This document shows, in pieces, positions 13,301-22,302 of a stretch of 64,000 bases of DNA. The stretch is from an uncultured Planctomycetota bacterium. GTDB taxonomy: Bacteria; Planctomycetota; Planctomycetia; Isosphaerales; Isosphaeraceae. A model generated the notes under the pieces. That model saw only the letters and a program-made list of their open reading frames with translations, was not told where the DNA came from and did no database searches. The stretch's first letter is position 1. Every line of letters starts with the position of its first letter. Location of the stretch: contig CAWGMQ010000012.1 of assembly GCA_963823665.1 (NCBI GenBank), positions 96,001-160,000 on the forward strand, written 5' to 3'. A program made the translations under genes and the position numbers.

Positions 13301-15433
13301 GTCACGTTTAGCATCCCGGTCAACCCGAGCACGTTCGGCTCGAGCACGCTCACTCTGACCGACAACGGCAACCCGGTCGCGATCACCGGCGCCGTCTCTC
13401 TTAGCCTTGTCTCGGGCAGCACGTATGACATCAACGGCCTCGCTGGGCTGACCACCGCCGAAGGAACCTACAGCCTCACCGTGAACGCGGCCAGCATTTC
13501 CGACTCCTACGGCAACCCGGGCACCGGCTCGCTGTCCACCTCCTGGCTGATGGACACGACCCGACCGACGAGTACCGTGAGCGCACTGCCGGCGCAGACA
13601 ACCTCCACGAGCTTCACCGTGTCGGCGACCAGCAGCGACCCAACCGGGTCGAACGGCAGCACACCGTCAGGGGTCGCTTCGATCGCACTCTACGACTCCA
13701 AGGACGGCGGGTCCTACACACAATTCGCCAGCGTAACACCAGCAAGTCCCTCCGCCCTCTTCACCGGCCAGGCCGGTCACACCTACGGCTTCTACAGCAT
13801 CGCAACCGACAACGCCGGCAATGTCCAGGCCACGCCCACCGCCCCCCAGCAAACCGCGCAGATCATCTCTCCTGCATCCGTGACTTCGATCGCCGCGGTC
13901 TCACCCAATCCCCGGAACACGGCCGTGTCCAGCATCGACGTCACCTTCAGCATCCCGATCAATCTGAGCACATTCACCGACTCGAGCGTCAACCTCACCG
14001 ATAACGGCGGCGCGAACCTCGTCACGAACGCGGTCACCTTCGCGGCCGTCTCTGGGTCGACCTATCAAATCAACGGCCTCACCGGGCTGACCAAGAACAA
14101 CGGCAATTACACGCTGACTGTGAACGCCGCCGCGATCCTCGACACATACGGCAACCCCGGCTCGGGAACCGCGTCGACGTCGTGGCTGATGGACACAGCC
14201 CCCCCCACAAGCAAGGTCAACCCGCTCGCGGCACGCGGCACCAGCCTCACGTTCCCTGTCTCGGTCTCTGGCTCCGACGGCGGCTCACCCGCCTCAGGCG
14301 TGAGGTCCTACACGATCTACTCAAGCACCAACGGCGGAGCCTGGTCGCTCTGGACCACCGTTTCGGCCGCCAACTCAACAGCCAACTTCACCGGCCAGAG
14401 CAACACGACCTACGCCTTCTACAGCACGGCGACAGACAACGCCGGAAATACCCAGGCCTACAGCCCGCAAATTGAGGCCAGCACGTATCTGCCCGACCTG
14501 ACCCCGACCCTCACGACGGTCGACAGTACGACCGGCACCAACCCGAGCACCGTCAACACCACGACCGGTACGTTCACGCTCAATCTGACCGGCAATGATC
14601 CCGGCGGTGGTATCGTGACCTACTTCGAGGTCTACGTCTCAGTCGATTCCGGCGCCTATAGGATGGTCAACAGCGCGGCGATCCCAGCCAGCCCGCCCAA
14701 CAGCCAGGGGCTCACATCCGCGACAATCCCTTACCAGGGCCTGACCGACGGAAACAGCCATACCTACCAGTTCTACAGCATCGGCATCGACAGCGCGGGC
14801 AACGTGCAGTCGGCGCCTTCGACCCCGAACCTGAGCCTGACCGAGACCTTCGCCCAGCCCTCGGCGCTCCAGGTGACGAACCTCATCGTCGAAGACGGCG
14901 CCGTCGAGCGTTCCTACATCCGCTACCTGCAAGTCGACTTCAACGAATCCGACACCCAGTCCGGCAGCGAGCTCACCCAGATCGTCAATTCACTCAAGAC
15001 CACAGCACCCGAGATCCAGCTCTACCAGTACGACTTGAACGACGACGAATCGAGCAAGACGCCCGTCTCGCTCGCCAACGTCAACGTCTCGCTGATTGAC
15101 CACGCCATCGAGCTCGACTTCGGCGCGAACGGCCTGGGCGGCAGCCCCAACACGACAACCGCCGATGGCTACTACGAGCTCGATATCAAGCTCCCGAGCG
15201 GATCGACCGCCGTGCACCACTTCTACCGCCTGCTCGGCGACGTCACGGGAGACGGCACGGTCGACAGCAACGACCTGAACGAAATCGCCGCCGAAATCAA
15301 TCTGTCCAACCCGCCAGGCCTTGCACCCCTGGGCGCCGACGTGAACGGCGACGGCACCGTATCCGCCCTCGACCTCACCCTAGCAACCCGCGCGAAGGGC
15401 CACAAGCTGAAGTCCGGTCTTTCCCTGGGATGA
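4306..15433 (+). CDS. Giant (~3700 aa) exported protein: planctomycete export motif, HAF-like repeats, parallel beta-helix repeats, Ig/FN3-like modules, C-terminal dockerin-like domain; split by one frameshift at ~12498
   Basis: CAGGAG RBS then ATG 4306; basic N-terminus with LEILEQRELLA; DLGTLGG..S.A.AIND.GQVVG repeats; many GNxIGTD/NTIGG/NVISGN repeats; paired GDVTGDGTVDSNDL / ADVNGDGTVSALDL at the C-terminus. ORFs 3796..12672 and 12602..15433 join if GGTTCTCACCTAC (~12496) is corrected to GGTCACACCTAC as in the repeat copies. Confidence 0.88.
12308..13898 (+). repeat. Near-identical intragenic tandem repeat, period 639 bp (213 aa), ~2.5 copies
   Basis: GTGACTTCGAT recurs at 12602, 13241 and 13880; the intervening sequences are virtually identical. 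Confidence 0.95.
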
Positions 15434-15441
15434 TCTCCCTC

Positions 15442-15603
15442 AGGATTCCAGACACCCATCCAGGTGTCACGGTACCCGCATCCATTCATTCGCGGCTCCC
15501 ACGTCCCGCGCAAAACCACGGTCTCTGGTCATCTCGAACACGCCAGAAGGCGCGTGCCCGACGTTCGGCAAGCGCTGGGTGTCTGACATCCTTCTGACAT
15601 CCT
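15442..15603. repeat. Small inverted-repeat-bounded intergenic element (MITE/REP-like)
   Basis: AGGATTCCAGACACCCA (15442-15458) and TGGGTGTCTGACATCCT (15576-15592) are inverted repeats matching 15/17; TCTGACATCCT is tandemly duplicated at 15582-15603. Confidence 0.5.
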
Positions 15604-15776
15604 CGGTGCCAGGAGAAGAGAAAGCGTGATCGCCTTGACCGCGGGGTACGATGAGGTTGTCGGGACGGTAGGGGATCCTCGTGTAACGCACTAACGTTAA
15701 TCCCTACGGGCCTGGTTCGTCCGCTGCAATAGTTGCTCGCCGAACCGTGGCACGCACTTTTCAACGGGGTGGTTCC

Positions 15777-16775
15777 ATGACACGTTCAGACGCGATCGTC
15801 AGGCGGCAGCTCCTGAAGGCCGGGCTCATCGTTGCGGGTGTGCCGTTCTGCCCCGAGGCACTGTTCGACAAGCGCGCCGCCGCGGACGACGAGAAACCCG
15901 CGGGAGACGCCCCGATCGGGCCGCGCGAGATCATCAAGGGGCTCGACGGCATGAGCCGGGTCGCCGACAAGAGGATCACATTCGCCGGCGGGCACAACGC
16001 GGCCGCCGTTATCTCCTCTGCGTTCTTCTGCCGCGAACAGAAGCTCGACGCCGGCACGCAGAGAGAGATCCTGGCCTACCTTGATGCCCGGCTGTTCAAA
16101 AACCCGATCTACGCGGTGGCCCGGCCGAGGGAGGCCGCCGATCCGAGGCTCGTCGAGGGTCTGCTCGAAGACCTCGATGCTGGCATCGCCACACTGCGTG
16201 GGAAAGGCCACAACATCATCTTCGCGGTCACGTCCCTCAAGGCCCTCCGCGCCGTGCCCGAGGCCGCGACGCCCGAGCGGATCGACGGCTTGCGGAAGAT
16301 GGTCCAGAGCTTCGGGAAGACGAGGGGCACCGCCGCGAACGATTCCGAACCGCTCGTCGGCCTCGATGACGTGCAGAAGTTCGTCCACTTCGTTTTCGAG
16401 GAGTTCTTGAAGGCGAAGGGCGACGGGTTCGACGGACACGTGGTGACGATCGGGCACGCCCTGGTGGAGTTGTCCCGCATGGGGCACGAGGAACTGGCCC
16501 GCAAGGGAGTTCCGGCCTACTGGCAGTGGGTCCGGGAGGCACGCGCAGGTGATGACGAGGGCGGGGGCGAAGTTGTGCCGGCCCCGCCTCAGGAGCCAAC
16601 CCCGCTCACCCGCGAGTACTGGGCCGCTCAGGCGAAGCACCGCATCGGCGAGATCGTCAGTAGCCACACGGTCAAGTACCCGTATAGCTTCTACGCTCTG
16701 GCAAAGGACGTGAAGGACGAGGACCTGAAGAAGCGGATTCTGGCGAAAGTCTACCGCTTGACCGCGACCAACTGA
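15777..16775 (+). CDS. Tat-exported hypothetical protein with several His motifs (possible metalloprotein)
   Basis: VRRQLLK twin-arginine signal, hydrophobic stretch and AAA cleavage site; GGHNAA, GHNIIF, GHVVTIGHAL and SHTVKY motifs; typical GC3-rich codon usage. Confidence 0.75.
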   Translation: MTRSDAIVRRQLLKAGLIVAGVPFCPEALFDKRAAADDEKPAGDAPIGPREIIKGLDGMSRVADKRITFAGGHNAAAVISSAFFCREQKLDAGTQREILAYLDARLFKNPIYAVARPREAADPRLVEGLLEDLDAGIATLRGKGHNIIFAVTSLKALRAVPEAATPERIDGLRKMVQSFGKTRGTAANDSEPLVGLDDVQKFVHFVFEEFLKAKGDGFDGHVVTIGHALVELSRMGHEELARKGVPAYWQWVREARAGDDEGGGEVVPAPPQEPTPLTREYWAAQAKHRIGEIVSSHTVKYPYSFYALAKDVKDEDLKKRILAKVYRLTATN

Positions 16776-16830
16776 CCTCGAACGCTCCACTCGTCGCCCC
16801 CGGCTCCCAACTATAAACTCTCGATGAAGC

Positions 16831-17904
16831 TCATCTCGCCGCCTTATCAAGCGGGATAACGCCCCGCATCACCGTTCGCTCACTCGGCACGAGAATCCGC
16901 GCCGGCAGGTAACCGTCGGCGCTGATTTGAAATTGATATGGGCCTCTCTCAGCCTCCAGCAAGATCTGAAATCCCTTCGGGGGAGACCGCCCCATGCGCG
17001 GGCCCCAGCGCCAGTCGTTCGTCCCGGAGTCATGAGTGCCGATCTGGATCCGGAACCTCGGTATGGCCTCCCGAGTCTGCGCATCGATCGCGACGATCTG
17101 AACGTCAACCGCAGGCCGCAGAGTGATCTCGGCCACACCGTCGCTAGCCGTGAGCGGATGAGCCCTATCGTCGTCGATATAGCCTGGCGCCGCGAACCGG
17201 AAGTTCACAGCCTCGGCGGGAGCATCCGCCCATTCGAACTGGCCGTCTTCGTTGGTCCACCCATGGAAAGGCAGGGGCGTCGTCACCAGCAACATCTCGC
17301 CGTAAACCCGGGCCCCCTCGATGGGATGGCCCGCTGGATCAACGACACGACCGCGGAGCCGTTCGGCCTCGGCCACGACAATGCCGCCCATCGTGGTGCC
17401 GCGCCGGAGCCGGAAGGTGCACGACTCGGGCGGACCCGGACTGCCCTCGAATCCCCAACCTTGTCCGACCGGCACGTAGCCGTCTTTCCGGACCTCGACG
17501 CTGAGCAACGGCTTTCCGTGCAGCGATGGATACTCAAGGCGGAGACGACCGCGCGGCCCCGTTCGAAACACATGAGTCCGAAAGTCGACCTGATTGCTGA
17601 TTCTCACGTCGGCGTCTGCTATCGCCCGACTTGTCTCGTCATCCACCACGGTTAATTCGACTGACCCGCGCTCGGCGACGCGCGGTACGACGGCCGGATC
17701 ATACGCGCGGGCCAACTCCTCCTCCGTCGGCGAGCGCCCTTGCGGTTCCGAAAGCGGGCGCCGGATCGGAGGTGCGCCCTGCGCGCAAGCCGGCTCTATG
17801 CCGATCGAAAGCGACCCAAGCCCGATCAACACGACGCCGATCGCCTTCATGGCGCGCCGAGCACCGAACCGATCGAGGATCATTCTGGTGACTCCGCCAA
17901 GGCA
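16831..17904 (-). CDS. Exported carboxypeptidase-regulatory-like domain protein (appears internally shortened)
   Basis: Signal-like N-terminus; LRGRVVDPAGHPIEGARV and TNEDGQFEW motifs; colinear with parts of the extracellular region of 32183..35539. Start uncertain (17904 or 17880). Confidence 0.7.
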   Translation of the reverse strand, partial: CLGGVTRMILDRFGARRAMKAIGVVLIGLGSLSIGIEPACAQGAPPIRRPLSEPQGRSPTEEELARAYDPAVVPRVAERGSVELTVVDDETSRAIADADVRISNQVDFRTHVFRTGPRGRLRLEYPSLHGKPLLSVEVRKDGYVPVGQGWGFEGSPGPPESCTFRLRRGTTMGGIVVAEAERLRGRVVDPAGHPIEGARVYGEMLLVTTPLPFHGWTNEDGQFEWADAPAEAVNFRFAAPGYIDDDRAHPLTASDGVAEITLRPAVDVQIVAIDAQTREAIPRFRIQIGTHDSGTNDWRWGPRMGRSPPKGFQILLEAERGPYQFQISADGYLPARILVPSERTVMRGVIPLDKAAR

Positions 17905-18006
17905 CATCTCTCCACCACGGCGTGAACTGCGTGATCCAGTCATAACGCCATCCGTGTTGAGACTTTCGCAATGCAACGACCGCTGACCGCACCCGGCGGT
18001 CTCGGA

Positions 18007-19197
18007 TCACCGCGCTTTTGCAGGCTCCAATGGACTAGCACCGCTGCGACGACTGATATTCTCAAAGTTCATGGAGGCCAACCTTCCATCCAAGTCCCCC
18101 AGAACCAATGCGCTTCCGTTCGGCTCGAAAGCCAATGCAGTGATCATTGAGAAATCCCGAAGTACGCGCGACCGCACAAGGCTCCCATCATCGACATTCC
18201 ATATTTCAACGCCACCTAAAATTTTGCGCTCACTTGCATTCATGACTCTTTGCGAGAAGAGATATCTCGACTGAGCTACCCGCTCCATCACCCCATGCTC
18301 GCCGTGCGCCCGCCGGCCGTCACGAAGAAACGACCGTCCGGGGAAAAGGCGCTCGCAAAGCAGCCCTCACTCAACCTGGACGACAATTGCGACAACTTGC
18401 GATCCGTAAAGCGAAATAAAAAGATGCGCTTATCGAGGGTCAACTGCGCGAGAGAATCTGCGTGCGGCGAGAACTTGCTACGGGATAACTCTGCGGAAGG
18501 CGTTTTGAACGAGTCGTGCACCGTCGAAGAATCAACCTTCACCACCACATATGTCCCGTGTGGATCTCTCATGCGCGAGGTTTGCACCGCGAGCAGCTTT
18601 CCGTCGGCAGAGAACGCGAGATCGCGAGCGTAACCGGTGTCCGTCTTGAAACTGCATTTTGGTTCGTTCCCGGGCAATGAATGGACACGCACGAGAACCC
18701 GACTTGCAGCCCCACGCGACCAGCCCGCGCACCGCCGACAACGCGACGTCGAAGTCGAATCCTTCGGGCGGAAGGATCGTCGCAACGACGTTCCCGGAGT
18801 CAATGTTTCTCACCTCGACGAACCGCCGCACGGCACTTGTTTCAACAATCAAGCAACACGTGTTCTCCGTGAAAAAAACAACCTCGTACGCTCTCTTCCT
18901 GAATTGTTTGGTGCAAGTGATGGGATCCAGGGCGACGCCCGAACGCGGCCCAGGGCTGCCAGGCACTTCATACACGTCAAAATCGGAATCCTTGGCTGCG
19001 ATCCCCTGCGGCACCGGGCCTTCGTGGTACGTTAGCGGAACCGAACTCATTGCCAATCGCCGGCCCGAAGGCGTGTACGCAATGGACACCACACTCCACG
19101 CACGCTCTTCGCTCGTTGCGTCGTGAATGGATTGAATCCGGAAGAGATCCGACCTGTCACCCTGGACGAGCAAAGCGCACAAGAGCGTCGCGATCAT
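18007..19197 (-). CDS. Exported WD40/beta-propeller protein interrupted by two frameshifts (~18696, ~18292)
   Basis: Three consecutive ORFs carry SIAYTPSGRRLA, DLAFSADGKLLA, SAFSPDGRFFVTAG and ALAFEPNGSALVLG; single-base corrections join them; start MIATLLCALLVQG at 19197. Confidence 0.7.
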
Positions 19198-19283
19198 GCC
19201 CAGAATCTCCTGCGTAGAGGCTTGCAACGCGAGTTCAGCCGTCAATCGCCGCCACGCGGGTCCGCGTTGCTCCGTTCGACTCT

Positions 19284-19457
19284 AAATAGCATTGCGCAAT
19301 CATGTGACTGAGGTGGGTAGCACTGGCTTTGCCAGTCCTCTGGTGTAGCAGGCACACTCCGTGTGCCGCCCGCTGAAAGTTCCGCATGGGTGTCACCGCC
19401 TTTGCGATTGCTCCATGCTCGAACGAATCGCCGTCCTGGAATCGCGAAAAGCCATTT
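19284..19457 (+). repeat. Dispersed ~173-bp element, copy 1 (GTAG-REP core)
   Basis: Core GTAGCAGGCACACTCCGTGTGCC at 19345-19367 (hairpin GGCACAC-TCC-GTGTGCC); flanks align with the copies at 28691 and 35550. Confidence 0.85.
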
Positions 19458-19685
19458 GGATCCTGCGCATCGTGACGAGCCGCGGCCGAGAACTTGGAGA
19501 ACCTACCGAATCCGAACACTTGCCACAATGTCAGTCGGCACCCGCTCTGATCGACCCGACGAGCGGTTGGTGCGACCTCGCTGTCGGGGTCCATCGCCAT
19601 CGTATCGTGGGCCAGCCAGATCCGGGCTGCGGCACTCTGGGCACCCTCTGCAAGATCGATTCGCCAGATTAACCCGGCGAAGCAA

Positions 19686-20729
19686 TCATAGGCCCAGGCG
19701 GAATACCCTGTTGCTTGTCTCCCAGAACACCTGTTGGCGCTCAGCCGGGTTCGGAAGCACGTCCTCGACGATCCGGATATGTTCCTCGATTCCGTAAGGC
19801 ACCGGACCGTAATCGGAGCCGAACATCACTCGGTCCGCACCGCACATTTCAATCGCGGCTCGCACTCCAATCGGGTTGAACCCCATGGTGTCGACCAGGA
19901 TGTTGGTCTTGAAGTAGTCGGATGGCGGCCGCTGGTTCCTGTAAGGCCGGCCAGCCGGCGGGTTGCGCACCCCCTTGTAGTTGAGGCGCCAGGTGAACTC
20001 AAGGCGTCCAAGGATCGACGGGAGTTCGCCGCCCATGTGGACGATCAGTACCTGTAGCTTTGGGTGGCGGTCAAACACGCCGGAGCCGATCATCCGGGCA
20101 CCGTTGACGGTCGAATCGAAGGGACGGCCGACTGCCTCGTTGAGGCGGTACTGCATGAGCACTTCATGCCCGACCGACAGCATCGGTGGATGAATGTGGA
20201 CCACGATGTCATTCGCTTCCGCAAACTCCCATAACCATTCAGCCTTGGGACTGTCGAGGAAAGCCCGATCCGCGCCGTCTCCGTAGCTGGACGCCACCGC
20301 AATCGCCTTGGCGCCGCCTTGGCTGATCATCTTCTCGACGATCGGCCGACAGCCCTCTTCGAGCGCGTGTGCGTTGGCCATCAGTGCGAACTCGCCGGGA
20401 TAGCGATCCCTGATCTCCAGGTATTCGTCGTTCAAGAACTTGAGGGCATCACCCGTGCTGACTTCTAGCATATCCCGCGCAAACCACTCCACCTCGCCGC
20501 CATTGCTGGCAAGGCTGAGGGTGACGCCGCCCTCGCGCTGCTTGGGCATGGCGTATTCCAGATCGAAAAACTCGCGATAGCAGATCAAGTCCTGAGCGTT
20601 AGTCTGCGGGAATTCTTTTTTCGGGTCGTACAAGCCGCGCTCCGCCATCTTGGCTGCGAGCTTGGGTCCGATCGGGTGCCGGTGGGTATCGACGATTGCC
20701 CAATATTTCGTTTTGTTCGGCGGTGTCAT
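19686..20729 (-). CDS. Amidohydrolase family protein (Amidohydro_2; ACMSD/LigW/decarboxylase-like)
   Basis: AGGAGG RBS and ATG 20729; VDTHRH, VHIHPP, FDRHPKLQVLIVHMGGELP and RVMFGSDYG motifs. Confidence 0.9.
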   Translation of the reverse strand: MTPPNKTKYWAIVDTHRHPIGPKLAAKMAERGLYDPKKEFPQTNAQDLICYREFFDLEYAMPKQREGGVTLSLASNGGEVEWFARDMLEVSTGDALKFLNDEYLEIRDRYPGEFALMANAHALEEGCRPIVEKMISQGGAKAIAVASSYGDGADRAFLDSPKAEWLWEFAEANDIVVHIHPPMLSVGHEVLMQYRLNEAVGRPFDSTVNGARMIGSGVFDRHPKLQVLIVHMGGELPSILGRLEFTWRLNYKGVRNPPAGRPYRNQRPPSDYFKTNILVDTMGFNPIGVRAAIEMCGADRVMFGSDYGPVPYGIEEHIRIVEDVLPNPAERQQVFWETSNRVFRLGL

Positions 20730-20885
20730 GGTAGCCTCCTCAACGGTTGGTTTACGGTCGATCGAGGTCCACCTCATGGGATCGGGGCTCGGACACCGTT
20801 TCCTCGGGACGAGTGCCGGGCAACTCCCAGAAGCGACACATGTGCGGTTCATTTCAAGTTAAGGTCGAGCCACGTTGACACGCGC

Positions 20886-20938
20886 AAAAAAAAGCCGGCG
20901 TGGTCGAGAACCCCTGAGGTCCGTGGCCACGCCGGCTT
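20886..20938 (-). terminator. Intrinsic terminator in the 5' leader of the amidohydrolase gene
   Basis: Minus strand AAGCCGGCGTGGCC-loop-GACCACGCCGGC followed by T8, about 157 nt upstream of the ATG. Confidence 0.8.
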
Positions 20939-20996
20939 ACTCTGCGACGGACCACCCGGTTTAGCCGGGCTGCCCTTCGTCTAGTCGTCCGAGCAT
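20886..20996 (-). promoter_or_regulatory. Candidate riboswitch/attenuator leader
   Basis: Bulged hairpin GACG-AAG-GGCAGCCCGG-CTAAA-CCGGGTGGTC-CGTC immediately 5' of the terminator; alternative pairings into the terminator; uORF MLGRLDEGQPG* at 20996-20961. Confidence 0.6.
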
Positions 20997-21637
20997 ATTC
21001 AAATCTGATCCGGGAGCCAAAGTGCGACTCTCGTGTCGACTTCCCCGAACATCTTCGTCATGCTACGTATCGCGTCAATAGAAAAGCAAGTCCATTGCTG
21101 TTACCGGCGTCAAGATGTTAAGCCTGCATCGCGATATCACCACGGTGACCGGCGCACACCCGGAGACTCAACCATGGCGATCGCTCGCGCCATCTCGTCG
21201 ACCCCTCGATCACTCGCTGGTATCACTGCATCACCCGATGCGTTCGACGCGCGTGCCTGCTCGGTGAAGAACCACAAAGACGTGAAGAATGGCTCGAGCA
21301 CCGACTTGAAGAACGTTCGGAAATCTTCGCCATCTCACTCTGCGGTTTCTCAGTCATAGACAGCCGTTGATCCGAACGCGGTTAGAACTGGCGCACGTGC
21401 CCGGCGCGATAAGCCACACTTGCCAGCAGCCGCTTGAAGGGCGCGTCGCCCGCGGTACGCGCTGAATTGACTTCCGCGCTCGTCAACGACATCCTTCCAT
21501 GCGACGGTCTCCGCATGAACGTGGATTATCCGGCCAGCTCCCCCCACCGCCGTTCCGTTCGGCTTGACGATTCCGCAGGCATTCCTGATCTACATGCTCG
21601 TCGGTTACGATAGAGAACTTCAAAGGGAGCGATTGTA

Positions 21638-22228
21638 ATGGCAGAGCCAGCAGCCGAGCCCGTCGGTTGGGAAAGGGCACTCATGGCAGCGGAAAAGGTC
21701 AAGGATCGCCTGCGCAGGGCAACCCGCGCGCTCGACTCGGCCGGCGTGCCTTACGCGGTGGTCGGTGGCAACGCCGTCGCCGAGTGGGTCGCCCGGGTTG
21801 ACGAGGACGCCGTCCGCAACACGCGCGATGTCGATCTCCTGATCCGGCGTCCTGACTTTGCCGCGGCAAGAACCTGTCTTGAAGCAGTCGGGTTTGTTTA
21901 TCACCAGCTCCTCGACATCGATACGTTCATCGATGGGCGGCAAGGCAAGCCGAGCGGTCGAATCCATCTCCTCTATGCCGGTGAAAAAGCTCGAAGAGAC
22001 GACGATCACAGTTTGCCCGAAATCGACGAATCGGAGCGAGCCGTCGAATTCCAGGTCGCCAATCTCGAAGCGCTCGTGCGAATGAATTTGACCTCATATC
22101 GATTAAAGGACAAACTTCACATCCTCGATTTGATCGGTGTCGGCCTGATCGATGCGACTTGGCCGGCCCGATTTCCGCCTCTGCTCGGGGATCGTTTGCA
22201 GCAATTACTCGATGATCCGAACGGCTGA
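21638..22228 (+). CDS. Nucleotidyltransferase-superfamily protein (standalone, toxin-like)
   Basis: YAVVGGNAV...RNTRDVDLL (GG + DxD) and KD motif near the C-terminus; GGGAG RBS. Confidence 0.8.
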   Translation: MAEPAAEPVGWERALMAAEKVKDRLRRATRALDSAGVPYAVVGGNAVAEWVARVDEDAVRNTRDVDLLIRRPDFAAARTCLEAVGFVYHQLLDIDTFIDGRQGKPSGRIHLLYAGEKARRDDDHSLPEIDESERAVEFQVANLEALVRMNLTSYRLKDKLHILDLIGVGLIDATWPARFPPLLGDRLQQLLDDPNG

Positions 22229-22302
22229 TCGGCGCTCCGTTCGAAATACGGACAGCGAGACGCCCAATCTCTGGATTGGAGGGAGAACTCTCGACTTCGC
22301 GA

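Noticed and set aside
19235..19600. Short ORFs containing AHGVCLLH (also 28662..28889 and 35377..35772)
   Set aside because: These are translations of the non-coding repeat core.
20886..21000. Assignment to guanidine (ykkC), ZTP, fluoride or PyrR-type leaders
   Set aside because: The hallmark consensus segments as I recall them are not evident; left as an unnamed candidate pending an Rfam search.
21000..21630. Possible small gene or ncRNA in the intergenic gap
   Set aside because: The ORFs lack an RBS and motifs, and no convincing structure was seen.
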